This document shows, one piece after another, positions 7,949 to 16,773 of a DNA stretch of 64,000 nt. Source of the DNA: a virus. The notes beneath the pieces are model-generated. The model saw nothing but the letters and a program-made list of their open reading frames with translations, had not been told where the DNA came from and did not search any database. The position numbers and the translations under genes were made by a program. The stretch lies in IMG/VR virus record IMGVR_UViG_3300003314_000001, positions 1 to 64,000 of that record. One strand, 5' to 3'. Each line of letters opens with the position of its first letter. Position 1 is the stretch's first letter.

Positions 7949-10495
7949 TCAGCAGAACGCCGACAGACCTGCCTGCTGTTGTCCCGATATGGCGGCGTCC
8001 ACATCAACTCCTATAGCGCCGAGAATCGGTTCCAGTGGAGAACGAATGGTCAGGTCTAACATCTTCACCGTGCGTACCTCAAGCCGACTCTCAAGCTCGT
8101 CGTCGGCATTCTCGAAGTCCTCGAACGTGATAACGTCCACTTCTTCTCCGTCAACCAGAACTTCCGGATTGTTGAGGTAGACCCGACCGGGTTTCGCACT
8201 GTTTTGCATTTCTACTCCCGTCAACTCCGACCAGAACTGGTAGCCGCGAAGGTGAGCCGTCACCGAATCGTACTCGTCAAACGGCTGTCCGAAACCTCCC
8301 GGAACCTTGATACGTTCCCATGACGGGTCTTCGCCACCAATCTCGTCGGCGGCGTCCTCCACAATCCGACTGATTTCCTCGTCCGACTTCAAGTCCAGAA
8401 TCGCGTGAATGACTTTCACTTGCGTTTCCTCGGACAGTTCGGAACTGTCAGACCGCTCCGAACCGTATCCAGTGATAGTGTACGACGGGCTTTCCATCCA
8501 CGTTCCTTCCTCCCACACGTCCTTGTGGGCGTACCGCTTCTTGTTTCCGGACTGGAAGAACGTCTCTGCGAGTGCTTCCGGTTCTATCTCCCAACGGTTG
8601 TCTTCTTCCGGAATACCAAACTCGGTGGCGAATTCCGGATACACTTCCTCGTTAAGCTCTCGGCAGATTTCCTTCGTCCGCTCCACACATTTCTCGTGGG
8701 AGTATTCGTCCGGGAACTTGATGTAGTTACTGTCCGTGTCACCGTAGGCGATTTTGCACTCGGTTTCCTCCCGAACGTATCGGGCGGTCTCCTTGATACA
8801 TTCTTGACCTAACTGTGTGACTGCTTCCGCCGCTTGCGGGTCGAACAGGAAGAATGGTTCCCACCCACCGACTCCGTATGTGGAGTTAGTGACAGTTTTC
8901 TTGGAACCGTATTCTTCCTCTTTCGCCTCGAATTCTTCCGTTCCCGGTTCCATCTTCTTTAGCTCCTTCTTCGCCGCTTCCTTCAGCGAAATGCCTTCGT
9001 CGGTAATCGCCGGAAGTGCCGCGTCCTTATCAAGTCGGAAGTACGCTACGTCACCAGTCTGTTCCAGCGGTGCTTCCGAAACGTTGATTCCGATACTCCG
9101 GAGCTTTTCGACCTTGGCTTCCAGACTGTCGAAGTTACTGTCTTCGTCCAGTGTTACCTTGGATTCCGACCCAAGATTGAACATCGCCATCGTGTTCGGG
9201 TACAGACTGGAAAGGTCGATACCCATAACATTCAGGAGAACACCAATGGACGGGTCGAAAACGTAGGAACCCTCAAAGTCGTAGTCCGGACGACCATAAT
9301 TCGTAGTCGGACCGACTTTCTCCCAATCGTGAAGCTTTCGCCGCGCCATCATCTCGATGTAGTCCGAATTGGAACGAGTGTCGTTCCAGTCTACACCAAC
9401 AACGTCCCGGAGCGTTCCCCAAAATGAGAACACTTCCAGTTCGTTGTTCAAGTCACGACATAGAGTAACGTCAACAGCGTTATAATTAAGGAGAAGTGTT
9501 GGGTCTTCCTTCCACATCTGGTGGTAGCCCATGTTAGTGTGTTCCACCTTATCCGCACCAATTTCCATTTGGGCTACGTCGCCAAGAGCCTTCACGTCCG
9601 GTTCCGTGAACTTCGTCCGAAGCCATGCGTCCTGTAAGTCGTAGACGGTTCGACCCTTGATGATTGGCGTTCCGGAACGAGTAACTTTACTGAAGCCTTC
9701 ACGGGAAAGACTTCCGGAATCCAATCCTATCTTATCGAACCGCTGGATGAAGTGGCGTGCGTCGAAATCCTCGAAGTTCCATCCGGTTAGAATGTCGGGG
9801 TCAGTGTTCTCAATGAAGTCCGAGAACGCTTCCAACATCATCTTTTCGGTCGGGCGAACTTCCAGTCGGTCCAAGTTCTCTGGTCGTCCGTTCGGGAAGC
9901 ATTCTTCCACACCTCTTCCACCAGTCTGGAAGAACCCAACCGTCTCGCCGTTGAACGAGTCTTCCGCGACTATGGACAGAATCTCCGTCTCACCGTCCTT
10001 GTCAAAGTTACCTCGGTCGTCAGTCTCTATGTCGATGTAGGAAATCCGGGATTCCGGTTCCTTCATCTCAATAGCTTCAACTTCCGAGATATGACATTCC
10101 TCGTCAGGGACACGGATTCCAGTATAGACTCCTGTCTGAATCCGGAACAACTGTTCGAGGGACACGTCCGCTCCGTAGCGGTCGTCGTAGTCGAAATACT
10201 TCTCCGCTATGTCTCGGGCGTCCCACTGACTCTCCACGTCGATACGCGACAAGTCTTCGTCCTTCCAGCCTTTCTTCACTGGGTCGTGTTCGATATTTTT
10301 AACGGACTGTACAGAATGAAGTTCGTCGGCTTTCTCATGGACCTTCTCCGTAGGGGCGAAGAAGCGCGGCTGTAGACCGTACACAGTCGCCGAATCAAGC
10401 CTGTTGTCTTCTGTACGTCCGTACAGTCTAATCTTCTGCTCGTTCGTATTGTAGTCCTTGACGGACTCCGTATTGGTGATTTTGAATTCTTTCAT
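7949..10495 (-). CDS. polB: Family B DNA polymerase
   Basis: 848 aa. Exo I YIDIETDD, Exo II GWNFEDFD, Exo III YNAVDV, motif A DLSSLYPN, motif B KKTVTNSTYG, motif C YGDTDS. Confidence 0.95.
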   Translation of the reverse strand: MKEFKITNTESVKDYNTNEQKIRLYGRTEDNRLDSATVYGLQPRFFAPTEKVHEKADELHSVQSVKNIEHDPVKKGWKDEDLSRIDVESQWDARDIAEKYFDYDDRYGADVSLEQLFRIQTGVYTGIRVPDEECHISEVEAIEMKEPESRISYIDIETDDRGNFDKDGETEILSIVAEDSFNGETVGFFQTGGRGVEECFPNGRPENLDRLEVRPTEKMMLEAFSDFIENTDPDILTGWNFEDFDARHFIQRFDKIGLDSGSLSREGFSKVTRSGTPIIKGRTVYDLQDAWLRTKFTEPDVKALGDVAQMEIGADKVEHTNMGYHQMWKEDPTLLLNYNAVDVTLCRDLNNELEVFSFWGTLRDVVGVDWNDTRSNSDYIEMMARRKLHDWEKVGPTTNYGRPDYDFEGSYVFDPSIGVLLNVMGIDLSSLYPNTMAMFNLGSESKVTLDEDSNFDSLEAKVEKLRSIGINVSEAPLEQTGDVAYFRLDKDAALPAITDEGISLKEAAKKELKKMEPGTEEFEAKEEEYGSKKTVTNSTYGVGGWEPFFLFDPQAAEAVTQLGQECIKETARYVREETECKIAYGDTDSNYIKFPDEYSHEKCVERTKEICRELNEEVYPEFATEFGIPEEDNRWEIEPEALAETFFQSGNKKRYAHKDVWEEGTWMESPSYTITGYGSERSDSSELSEETQVKVIHAILDLKSDEEISRIVEDAADEIGGEDPSWERIKVPGGFGQPFDEYDSVTAHLRGYQFWSELTGVEMQNSAKPGRVYLNNPEVLVDGEEVDVITFEDFENADDELESRLEVRTVKMLDLTIRSPLEPILGAIGVDVDAAISGQQQAGLSAFC

Positions 10496-10511
10496 GGGTT
10501 GTCGTCTTGGC

Positions 10512-10549
10512 GTCCCCTCTTACCGAGTACGACGAGGGACTTAAGGCTT
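10512..10549 (-). promoter_or_regulatory. Class-3 promoter-like repeat upstream of polB
   Basis: Gene-sense GCCTTAAGTCC-N12-TCGGTAAGAGGGGAC, 17 nt before the ATG. Confidence 0.5.
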
Positions 10550-10604
10550 CCGTTTGGTTATCCGGACAGTACCTTAACAGTACAGCACAGCACCTCAACA
10601 GCAC

Positions 10605-10670
10605 GACGCTTCCCGACTTTTACTGTACTTTTTCAATAGGTACTGTTTGGTACTGTTAACAGTGGTATGG
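10605..10670 (+). repeat. Long intergenic repeat, copy A
   Basis: GACGCTTCCCGACTTTTACTGTAC..GGTACTGTTTGGTACTGTTAACAGTGGTATGG. 12-bp palindrome ACTGTTAACAGT at 10652-10663. Confidence 0.7.
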
Positions 10671-10674
10671 TTTG

Positions 10675-11229
10675 TTACTCCGTTACCACATCTCTTATCT
10701 TCTGCTTGAACCGTTCTTCCGTCACGTTCCCGTTCCGGATTATCATATCCGTATGACGATTCAGGAGTTTATCGAGACCCCATTCGTTCTCCCGCTGGTC
10801 GCGTGCTTTCATTTCGGAAGGACGATTATTTCTCTCTTCAAAACCCCACTTCCAGCGTATTGGTTCCGGACACCGAATTCCGATAGTTACAACTTCAGTT
10901 TCCGGAAGAGCAAACTTGAAGGTGTCAACTTCTTCAATGCTCCGGATTCCGCTAACTGCGAGATTACTGTCACTATCAACCCGGTTGCGAGCCAGCTTCG
11001 CGGCGTATTCAGCAAAATAACCGAAGCTATTTTCAAGGCGTTGTTCGGTAGCCCACTGACCAATTGTGTTATCATCTACTTCTCTATGTTCGTTTTCGGT
11101 TTCGTTGCTGTACTTTTTCCGGACTACATTCGACATTTCTATCGTATGTAGTCCTTCTTCGTAGGCCGTTTTCAGCGCGGTCGTCTTCCCCGACGCGGGA
11201 TAACCCGCAAACAGATATGCTTTGTTCAT
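10675..11229 (-). CDS. P-loop nucleoside/nucleotide kinase-like protein
   Basis: 184 aa. N-terminal Walker A GYPASGKTT and a small kinase-like size. Confidence 0.65.
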   Translation of the reverse strand: MNKAYLFAGYPASGKTTALKTAYEEGLHTIEMSNVVRKKYSNETENEHREVDDNTIGQWATEQRLENSFGYFAEYAAKLARNRVDSDSNLAVSGIRSIEEVDTFKFALPETEVVTIGIRCPEPIRWKWGFEERNNRPSEMKARDQRENEWGLDKLLNRHTDMIIRNGNVTEERFKQKIRDVVTE

Positions 11230-11338
11230 TTTTCTCTCTCGGAAACTGATTACGTCCCGGTTCCAATCAGACCGGAAGCAGTCGGGAAGCCGCCCCGGCT
11301 ACCTCCGTTTGTCTAAAATGGAATCGGTCTAATCGGAT

Positions 11339-11458
11339 TCAGTCTTCGTTCTCGGCGTCAGGCGGCTCGCTCTCGTCCTCCACGAAATCTTGAGGGTCTT
11401 GGCCCTCACCTCCGTAGGAATCGAATGTGACCGGCTTCTCGTCCTTCTCGTCGGTCAT
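11339..11458 (-). CDS. 39-aa acidic mini-protein
   Basis: MTDEKDEKPVTFDSYGGEGQDPQDFVEDESEPPDAENED, ATGA-coupled to the upstream mini-ORF. Confidence 0.35.
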   Translation of the reverse strand: MTDEKDEKPVTFDSYGGEGQDPQDFVEDESEPPDAENED

Positions 11459-11517
11459 AGAAGCATCACCGCGAATATAATGATTACCGAGGCGATTAGA
11501 ACTTCCATACCAGTCAT
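11455..11517 (-). CDS. 20-aa hydrophobic mini-ORF
   Basis: MTGMEVLIASVIIIFAVMLL, ATGA-coupled on both sides. Confidence 0.3.
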   Translation of the reverse strand: MTGMEVLIASVIIIFAVMLL

Positions 11518-11630
11518 AGGAACATCACTAAGATTGCTACCGCCGCAAGTACTGTAACGACTGTCGTTGCGACACCCGCAATCACTATCAACTTCATGAT
11601 ACTTACCACGTCTTCAAAGAAGGCGTCCAT
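11514..11630 (-). CDS. 38-aa TM mini-protein
   Basis: MDAFFEDVVSIMKLIVIAGVATTVVTVLAAVAILVMFL. Its stop overlaps the next ATG (ATGA). Confidence 0.35.
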   Translation of the reverse strand: MDAFFEDVVSIMKLIVIAGVATTVVTVLAAVAILVMFL

Positions 11631-11646
11631 GCCTTCCGAATCGACC

Positions 11647-12156
11647 TTACTCATTGTCTTCCTCGGACTCTCCTTCGGTACTCTCGGTCTGTTCCTCGGA
11701 ATCCTTTAGAGCGGCTTCCGCCGCACTCTCCTCGGGTTCCTCGTCCTCCGAGTAGAGGTCCCAATCGTCCAGTTCCTCCCACTTGATACGCCACTCGCCG
11801 CCGTCTCGAATCATCGGAATATCCTCCGAATTATCAACGAGACGCTGGAGGTCGGCAACTTCCAGACTGAACGAGTCCATCAGCTCCGGAAGCTCGTCCT
11901 CAATATCGACCGTAATAGTGTAATCGCCGTACTCACCAAGGTCGATAGTGATGTTCGCCACCGCTCGCTCGTTGAACGTTCCAGAAATCGTCACTCGCTC
12001 CACACTGTCGAAGTAACCGACAGTCTCCTTCATGTGGTCCGGAAGGTTGTTTCGCTCGCTGTAGTCCGTGACAACGGCTTCCGCGCCGGTCGGGGTCTGG
12101 TCGTCGTTCTGTGCGCCGAAAATCTGTGCAATAGTACTGTAGATGTTTGCGAACAT
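11647..12156 (-). CDS. Hypothetical acidic protein
   Basis: ATG (MFANIY...) 2 nt after the upstream stop. The ORF-track 12201 start would overlap the nuclease gene. Confidence 0.6.
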   Translation of the reverse strand: MFANIYSTIAQIFGAQNDDQTPTGAEAVVTDYSERNNLPDHMKETVGYFDSVERVTISGTFNERAVANITIDLGEYGDYTITVDIEDELPELMDSFSLEVADLQRLVDNSEDIPMIRDGGEWRIKWEELDDWDLYSEDEEPEESAAEAALKDSEEQTESTEGESEEDNE

Positions 12157-12158
12157 TG

Positions 12159-13235
12159 TTATAGTTCTCCGAGTTTTTCCAGCTTGTACTGTCCGTACCA
12201 CACGGGATTGAAGAATTCGTCCTGTAGCGGCCAGTACGAATCAATTCCCATGTGTTCCGCAATCATGTCTTGGTCGTATCCCGATTCAATCATTCCGATG
12301 AAGGTTTTCTTTTCCTCGAACGGTTTCCCCCAATCGGATTCACAGTCGTCGTAGTTGTCACACTTCCCGTCCCCGTAGTGACATAGTGCGCCGGGACTAA
12401 TGCCGAAATCCTCCATTTCAGGATTCATGTCCGGCGGGGTAGTGTTCATCTTCCGGTTTCCGTCAGCGATAATCTTTTGAACGTAAGCCTGTCGTTCCGG
12501 GTCCGGTTCATCTACAAGGAAATCATGATTTTTGGGATAATAGCCTGCTATCCCGTCAACCTTGTAGTCTTCGGAGAATATCATTCCGTAATATTCCCCT
12601 TGGAGGAAGATTCCGTCGTCGCGGTACTTCTCGTCCGGAGTCTTCCCGGTTTTGAAGTCCACTATGACAACTCCATCGTTTCCGGAGACTTCTGGAACAG
12701 AAGCCGATGGAACTATCACGTCGGCGAAGCCCATCCAGTCCGGACCGTCGCCTTGCTCAAGCCACCCTTCTTCCTCTACTCCTCGGGGTAGCCATGCGTC
12801 TAAAGCGTATTCTATTACGGTCTTTCCGTCCCGTGGGTCGTCCAGAGACCGGAATTTCTTCGCCGCGTGTTCTTTCGCGGCTTCCGCTCGTTCCAATTCC
12901 CATGCTATGAACGAACTTACCATGTCCGTCCAGTCCGCCCATAGGAGAACGTCTTCCGGAAGGAACCGTGTAAGGTCCTTCGGACAGTCGGGAAGGGTCC
13001 CGCCGTCTTCGTAGTGTTCAAGCAGGTTCTCATAGTACACTTCGTAAGTATAGTGTACCCGAGTCCCCTGCTTCATGGCGTCCGTCTCTTCCGCTCTACG
13101 TCCGAGAACGTAGGTGTAGTAGAAGTTACGCCAACACTTCTCTGCCGTCAACAGCCGCGACTTACTCCAGTATGGTAGTTCTCCCTCCTTTGCTTCCTCC
13201 TTACACTTCTGTATTTTCGTTGTTTCCGAAGGCAT
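12159..13235 (-). CDS. Cas4/RecB-family PD-(D/E)xK exonuclease
   Basis: 358 aa. N-terminal Cys (EKCWRNFYY), GFADV, IVDFKTGK (D-x-K), QGEYYG (QxxxY) and a C-terminal Cys triad CHYGDGKCDNYDDC typical of a Cas4-type Fe-S cluster. Confidence 0.8.
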   Translation of the reverse strand: MPSETTKIQKCKEEAKEGELPYWSKSRLLTAEKCWRNFYYTYVLGRRAEETDAMKQGTRVHYTYEVYYENLLEHYEDGGTLPDCPKDLTRFLPEDVLLWADWTDMVSSFIAWELERAEAAKEHAAKKFRSLDDPRDGKTVIEYALDAWLPRGVEEEGWLEQGDGPDWMGFADVIVPSASVPEVSGNDGVVIVDFKTGKTPDEKYRDDGIFLQGEYYGMIFSEDYKVDGIAGYYPKNHDFLVDEPDPERQAYVQKIIADGNRKMNTTPPDMNPEMEDFGISPGALCHYGDGKCDNYDDCESDWGKPFEEKKTFIGMIESGYDQDMIAEHMGIDSYWPLQDEFFNPVWYGQYKLEKLGEL

Positions 13236-13623
13236 GGTCTGCTTCCTTTGTCAGCACGCTCATCGCGGTTTCCAGTTCTTTCCGGTACTCCCGAACATTT
13301 TCCAGAACGTCCCGGTAAGGGTCCGCACAGTAGTCTGGAATAAACATATCCTCGTAGGACTCGATTACGTTTTCCAGTTGTTGTTCGGTTTCCATCAGTT
13401 CTCCGTGTCGCTCGAACAGGTGTTCGTCAACGCTCTCGAAGCGGTCTTCCAGCGTAACCTCCGGGCGGTACACCTCATTCATTGCCATACTAATGGACTT
13501 GACGAGATTCCCGCTTGTTGCCGAAGTGTTCACTCCGTCACCTCGAACAACTACCTCTTGAATGTTTGGCGATTTGTTGATTTTTGCTCGAAGCGGTCCA
13601 CCGTAGATTTGCTCGTTACTCAT
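13201..13623 (-). CDS. Hypothetical protein
   Basis: 140-aa ORF, co-oriented and tightly packed. No motif. Confidence 0.55.
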   Translation of the reverse strand: MSNEQIYGGPLRAKINKSPNIQEVVVRGDGVNTSATSGNLVKSISMAMNEVYRPEVTLEDRFESVDEHLFERHGELMETEQQLENVIESYEDMFIPDYCADPYRDVLENVREYRKELETAMSVLTKEADHAFGNNENTEV

Positions 13624-13804
13624 TGTACTCTAAGTCGTGTTCGTCCGCTAACTCTTCAAGACGTTCCAGATGTTTCGTATTGTCTTGAATAATTAGCGTG
13701 CCGTCGTCTTCTTGTTTGAATGTGAGAGTCTTCCCGCCAGCGAACGCTTGTCGAAGAATTGCCTTACCCTTCGGGTCACGTGCTTCCCGCTCTTTACCCT
13801 TCAT
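13616..13804 (-). CDS. Hypothetical protein
   Basis: 62-aa ORF overlapping the downstream start by 8 nt. Confidence 0.5.
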   Translation of the reverse strand: MKGKEREARDPKGKAILRQAFAGGKTLTFKQEDDGTLIIQDNTKHLERLEELADEHDLEYNE

Positions 13805-13980
13805 TATCCAATGAAGAAACTATCGTCTTCAAGGAATTCTTCCAGAATATCTTCCGCCGAATCGCCATTCCGGAGTCGGTCCCTGTAATGTTCAATTCGT
13901 TCCACGTCGTCTTCCAGCTTCTCTTTCAAGTCGCCGAGGTCATTGATTAACTCGGCGCGGTCAAGGTTTTCTTCTTCCAT
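13804..13980 (-). CDS. 58-aa acidic helical mini-protein
   Basis: MEEENLDRAELINDLGDLKEKLEDD.... TAATG overlaps on both sides. Below the ORF-track cutoff. Confidence 0.45.
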   Translation of the reverse strand: MEEENLDRAELINDLGDLKEKLEDDVERIEHYRDRLRNGDSAEDILEEFLEDDSFFIG

Positions 13981-14123
13981 TAGAATGGACTGTTCTCTTC
14001 GTAGATAACATTCGCTGTTTCAAGGTCTAACCCTTGCTCTACACCACTCGCAAGTCGCTGAAGAAGTTTAGCTTCCTCACGGCAGTTCTCAATGAACTGT
14101 TTCTTAGTCTGGTGGTTCTCCAT
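13980..14123 (-). CDS. 47-aa mini-protein
   Basis: MENHQTKKQFIENCREEAKLLQRLASG.... TAATG overlap with the downstream gene. Confidence 0.4.
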   Translation of the reverse strand: MENHQTKKQFIENCREEAKLLQRLASGVEQGLDLETANVIYEENSPF

Positions 14124-14241
14124 TGTGAATCAGATACATAGTACGAGAAGAACGCAATTGCTCGTCTTCGGACACTTCACGGAGGGCTTCCCGACCTCTC
14201 CGGATAGTTCTCTCGGTCCGGCGAGCAATAGAATCAAGCAT
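14104..14241 (-). CDS. 45-aa basic mini-protein
   Basis: MLDSIARRTERTIRRGREALREV.... Preceded by GGTAAGGAGGGAGAAAGAG of a class-3 promoter repeat. Confidence 0.3.
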   Translation of the reverse strand: MLDSIARRTERTIRRGREALREVSEDEQLRSSRTMYLIHNGEPPD

Positions 14242-14246
14242 CTCTT

Positions 14247-14288
14247 TCTCCCTCCTTACCAAGAAGAGCAAGGGACTTAAGTCTTACG
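14247..14288 (-). promoter_or_regulatory. Class-3 promoter-like repeat
   Basis: Gene-sense CGTAAGACTTAAGTCC-N12-TTGGTAAGGAGGGAGAA. Confidence 0.5.
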
Positions 14289-14655
14289 CAATTGGAGGGT
14301 ATGGGTTCTCTCCGCAAGAAACGCACTCGTAGTCTTCTAACTCGTCTTTTGATACGGGGGAGTTACATTCGTTACATTTCGGAGTTGTACTTTTCTCTTC
14401 CTCAAGACGCGCCCAGTTCTCCGCGTATCCGGCAACGTCCGCCGGATTATCTTCGTCGTAGTGGCCGTTCTTACTTCGGGCTATCTTCATCAAGATGAAC
14501 ATGATAGCCGCGTCTATCTCGGACACGTCAACGCCAAGATACCAACTCCAAGCTCCAGCTATTTCATCGAAGGTATCTTCCGGTTCCCCATGTTGTTCCG
14601 GACGACTGTACACGATTTCCGCCGCCTGTTCTAAGATATAGGTATCGTGTTCCAT
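14284..14655 (-). CDS. DUF6378-like phage domain fused to a C-terminal zinc ribbon
   Basis: ATG (MEHDTY...). ILEQAAEIV..QHGEPEDTFDEIAGAWSWYLG..IMFILMKIARS..DVAGYA fits the DUF6378-type pattern (recalled). C-terminal CNECN..CVSCG. Confidence 0.6.
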   Translation of the reverse strand: MEHDTYILEQAAEIVYSRPEQHGEPEDTFDEIAGAWSWYLGVDVSEIDAAIMFILMKIARSKNGHYDEDNPADVAGYAENWARLEEEKSTTPKCNECNSPVSKDELEDYECVSCGENPYPPIA

Positions 14656-14789
14656 TAGTTTTCCTCGTCGTTCCAAGGGTGTGTCGGACAGTCGTGGTTT
14701 GAACACGTTGTTGCTCCGGCATGTACCTCTAACGTAGCTCCACACGTCTCACAGTCGTCTTCCGAGTCTCTTATATATGTTTTATTCAT
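14655..14789 (-). CDS. 44-aa zinc-ribbon mini-protein
   Basis: MNKTYIRDSEDDCETCGATLEVHAGATTCSNHDCPTH.... TAATG and ATGA coupling to neighbours. Confidence 0.4.
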   Translation of the reverse strand: MNKTYIRDSEDDCETCGATLEVHAGATTCSNHDCPTHPWNDEEN

Positions 14790-14911
14790 AACTTTACGAA
14801 TCCGGTTGCGCGTTTTGGACAGTCATCATTTGGGCACGTTCCTGTCCATCTGTTCGTTGTTCGGTCGTCTCTGTACACTGTTCCACAGCAAGATGTTGCA
14901 TACTTATTCAT
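14786..14911 (-). CDS. 41-aa zinc-binding mini-protein
   Basis: MNKYATSCCGTVYRDDRTTNRWTGTCPNDDCPKR.... ATGA overlap with the upstream stop. Confidence 0.4.
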   Translation of the reverse strand: MNKYATSCCGTVYRDDRTTNRWTGTCPNDDCPKRATGFVKL

Positions 14912-15228
14912 ACCATTTGACTTCGGACTCGGATGATTTTTCCAACGAATCGGTCTACTCGTCCCGGCCACGCCACATAGACGAAACCGCCGTCGTATCC
15001 AGCTACTTGGACGTTCTTCGTTTCGTAGTTTCCATCCTTCGTTTTCAGGACAAGCTTGTACGGCTCTCCGTTAGTGATTAGTTCGTGGATTTCTCCACCT
15101 TCTAATGAGTCTTGTCTTCCAGTCCGGGTGGCGTACCGGAGCTTCCCGTTCAAGACCATTGCGTCCACTACGTCTTGTTCAGTCCACTGTTCGCCGTCTC
15201 TCTGTAGGGTTACTTCCGTTGGTTTCAT
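14908..15228 (-). CDS. Hypothetical protein
   Basis: 106-aa ORF directly downstream of a class-A promoter repeat. Confidence 0.55.
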   Translation of the reverse strand: MKPTEVTLQRDGEQWTEQDVVDAMVLNGKLRYATRTGRQDSLEGGEIHELITNGEPYKLVLKTKDGNYETKNVQVAGYDGGFVYVAWPGRVDRFVGKIIRVRSQMV

Positions 15229-15243
15229 GGGTTGTCAACCTTC

Positions 15244-15272
15244 GTTTTCAATGAGCTATTTCATGCACCTTG
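15244..15272 (-). promoter_or_regulatory. Class-A promoter-like repeat
   Basis: Gene-sense AGGTGCATGAAATAGCTCATTGAAAA, 16 nt before ATG 15228. Confidence 0.5.
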
Positions 15273-15379
15273 AAGGTCGGAAAGCTACCGCCAGTCCAGC
15301 GCCGCCGACAGGCGACCCTGCCAGCTTTCAGTCGGATACAATTCCTTCAACACGTCGTTCGTAACATCTTGAAAATCGT

Positions 15380-15778
15380 TCATTCTTCCACGTACTCCTT
15401 GATGTTCTCCGCCGTAGTCGGACCGACACCATCCACTTCTTCCAACTCGTCGGTCGAAAATTTCCGAACGTCCCGCTCGTTCTTGATTCCAATGTTGGCG
15501 AGATTCTTCGCCGTGCTTTCACCTACTCCGTCGATTTCACCGTAGTCTACCGGAACGGGGTCTTTCACTCTTTTGGATACGTTTTCACCAGATTCTTCCG
15601 GAATCTCGCTTTCAGGAGTTTCTTCCACACCGTCAGTATCTTTGACAGAATCATGTAGTTCTACCAGTGCAACGAACTGTCCGGAACTGAAAGGACGGTT
15701 CGTGTACGTCTCTATTATCTCGCCCGGTACTTCCATCACTTCTTCTACCTGAATCGTAAGGAACGTATATCGGTTCAT
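15380..15778 (-). CDS. Helix-hairpin-helix DNA-binding protein
   Basis: 132 aa. Two HhH motifs, IDGVGESTAKNLANIG and VDGVGPTTAENIKEY. Confidence 0.65.
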   Translation of the reverse strand: MNRYTFLTIQVEEVMEVPGEIIETYTNRPFSSGQFVALVELHDSVKDTDGVEETPESEIPEESGENVSKRVKDPVPVDYGEIDGVGESTAKNLANIGIKNERDVRKFSTDELEEVDGVGPTTAENIKEYVEE

Positions 15779-15783
15779 TATTG

Positions 15784-16167
15784 CTAGTCTTCTACGTTGA
15801 TTCCAGCACGAAGCACTTCTCGGTCGCCGTCCTGAAGCCGTCCAGTCAAGTTGAACGCGGACTGTGCGAGACGACGGAATCGTTTCTCTAATTGGACTGT
15901 CTCGGCGTCGTCAGCCTTCTCATGAAGGGCTTGGTGCATTTCCCGTCCCTTACCCTTTATTTCATCGAGGTTGTCATGTAGCTCGTTCAGGCGGTCTTCG
16001 TACTCGGCGGCTTCCCGCTCTTGAACAGACTCAGGGTCTTCAGCCGTTTCTACAGGCTTAGTGGCTTGAAGGTCCTTCTTATCGCCTATCTCCATTATTT
16101 CTTCAGCAGACATTTCTTTTTCTTGCTTTTCCACTTCGCCTTCACCAGAATCGAGATTTTCGTCCAT
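15784..16167 (-). CDS. Hypothetical acidic coiled-coil protein
   Basis: 127-aa ORF, co-oriented and Glu-rich. Confidence 0.55.
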   Translation of the reverse strand: MDENLDSGEGEVEKQEKEMSAEEIMEIGDKKDLQATKPVETAEDPESVQEREAAEYEDRLNELHDNLDEIKGKGREMHQALHEKADDAETVQLEKRFRRLAQSAFNLTGRLQDGDREVLRAGINVED

Positions 16168-16169
16168 TG

Positions 16170-16634
16170 TTAGTCTCTATAAGCGTCAGCGTCGTTCGAC
16201 GGACCGGGGTCTCGTAGAGCCGGAGGTCTCTGGTATTTGTTTCCAGAAGCACCCCTGTTACGATTATTGGCTTCGTTAGCCGACCCTTGACAGTACTTAT
16301 CTCCGTAGATTGTTCCAGCGAAACTCTTGTCATCTTCCGGACGGTGACTGATAACAAGACCACATGATTGACAGACTACTTCTCCACGGTCGTCGTAACG
16401 TCCGATTCCGTCTTCGCATTCCGGACAACCCATGTGGTAGTCGAACGTGTTTTTAACGTATTTGCTCTTATCGTCCTTGGGAATGACCACACTGTGTCCG
16501 GTCAACTCCATGACTCGAATCCAGTGGTCGTCCTTGTCCGGAAGCTGGTCGAACCTGACAGGTTCACAGACGACGTTATCCTCGGCACGAATTTCTACAG
16601 CAGTCTTATCAGCACGCTTGTCGATTTTGTTCAT
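16170..16634 (-). CDS. Protein with TFB/TFIIB-type zinc ribbon
   Basis: ATG at 16634 (ORF-track GTG at 16682 is the alternative). CPECEDGIGRYDDRGEVVCQSCGLVI matches the TFIIB zinc-ribbon pattern CPxC..D...GExVCxxCGLV. Confidence 0.6.
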   Translation of the reverse strand: MNKIDKRADKTAVEIRAEDNVVCEPVRFDQLPDKDDHWIRVMELTGHSVVIPKDDKSKYVKNTFDYHMGCPECEDGIGRYDDRGEVVCQSCGLVISHRPEDDKSFAGTIYGDKYCQGSANEANNRNRGASGNKYQRPPALRDPGPSNDADAYRD

Positions 16635-16773
16635 TTGTCGGGGGGAGAGAGTTAGTTTCTGGTCAGTTCGTAGAATTCTCACAAACCTGTTCTAAGTCGG
16701 GAAGCGTGCATCCAGCGGTGGGGGTTTTCCACCTACTTGAGACAAAGGGAAGCGGGTCATTTAAGTCTTCTGA

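Noticed and set aside
8405-10375. Several plus-strand ORFs of 94-149 aa (8405..8812, 8817..9266, 9657..10040, 10091..10375) inside the polB locus
   Set aside because: They are antisense to an unambiguous family-B polymerase gene. Their translations are Ser/Arg/Leu/Phe-rich with no acidic character, which is typical of shadow ORFs.
7949-10495. Possible intein in the polB or terminase large-subunit genes
   Set aside because: All polymerase motifs follow each other at normal spacing in an 848-aa protein, and the terminase is 599 aa. There are no extra ~150-450-aa insertions or Cys/Ser...HN splice-junction blocks.
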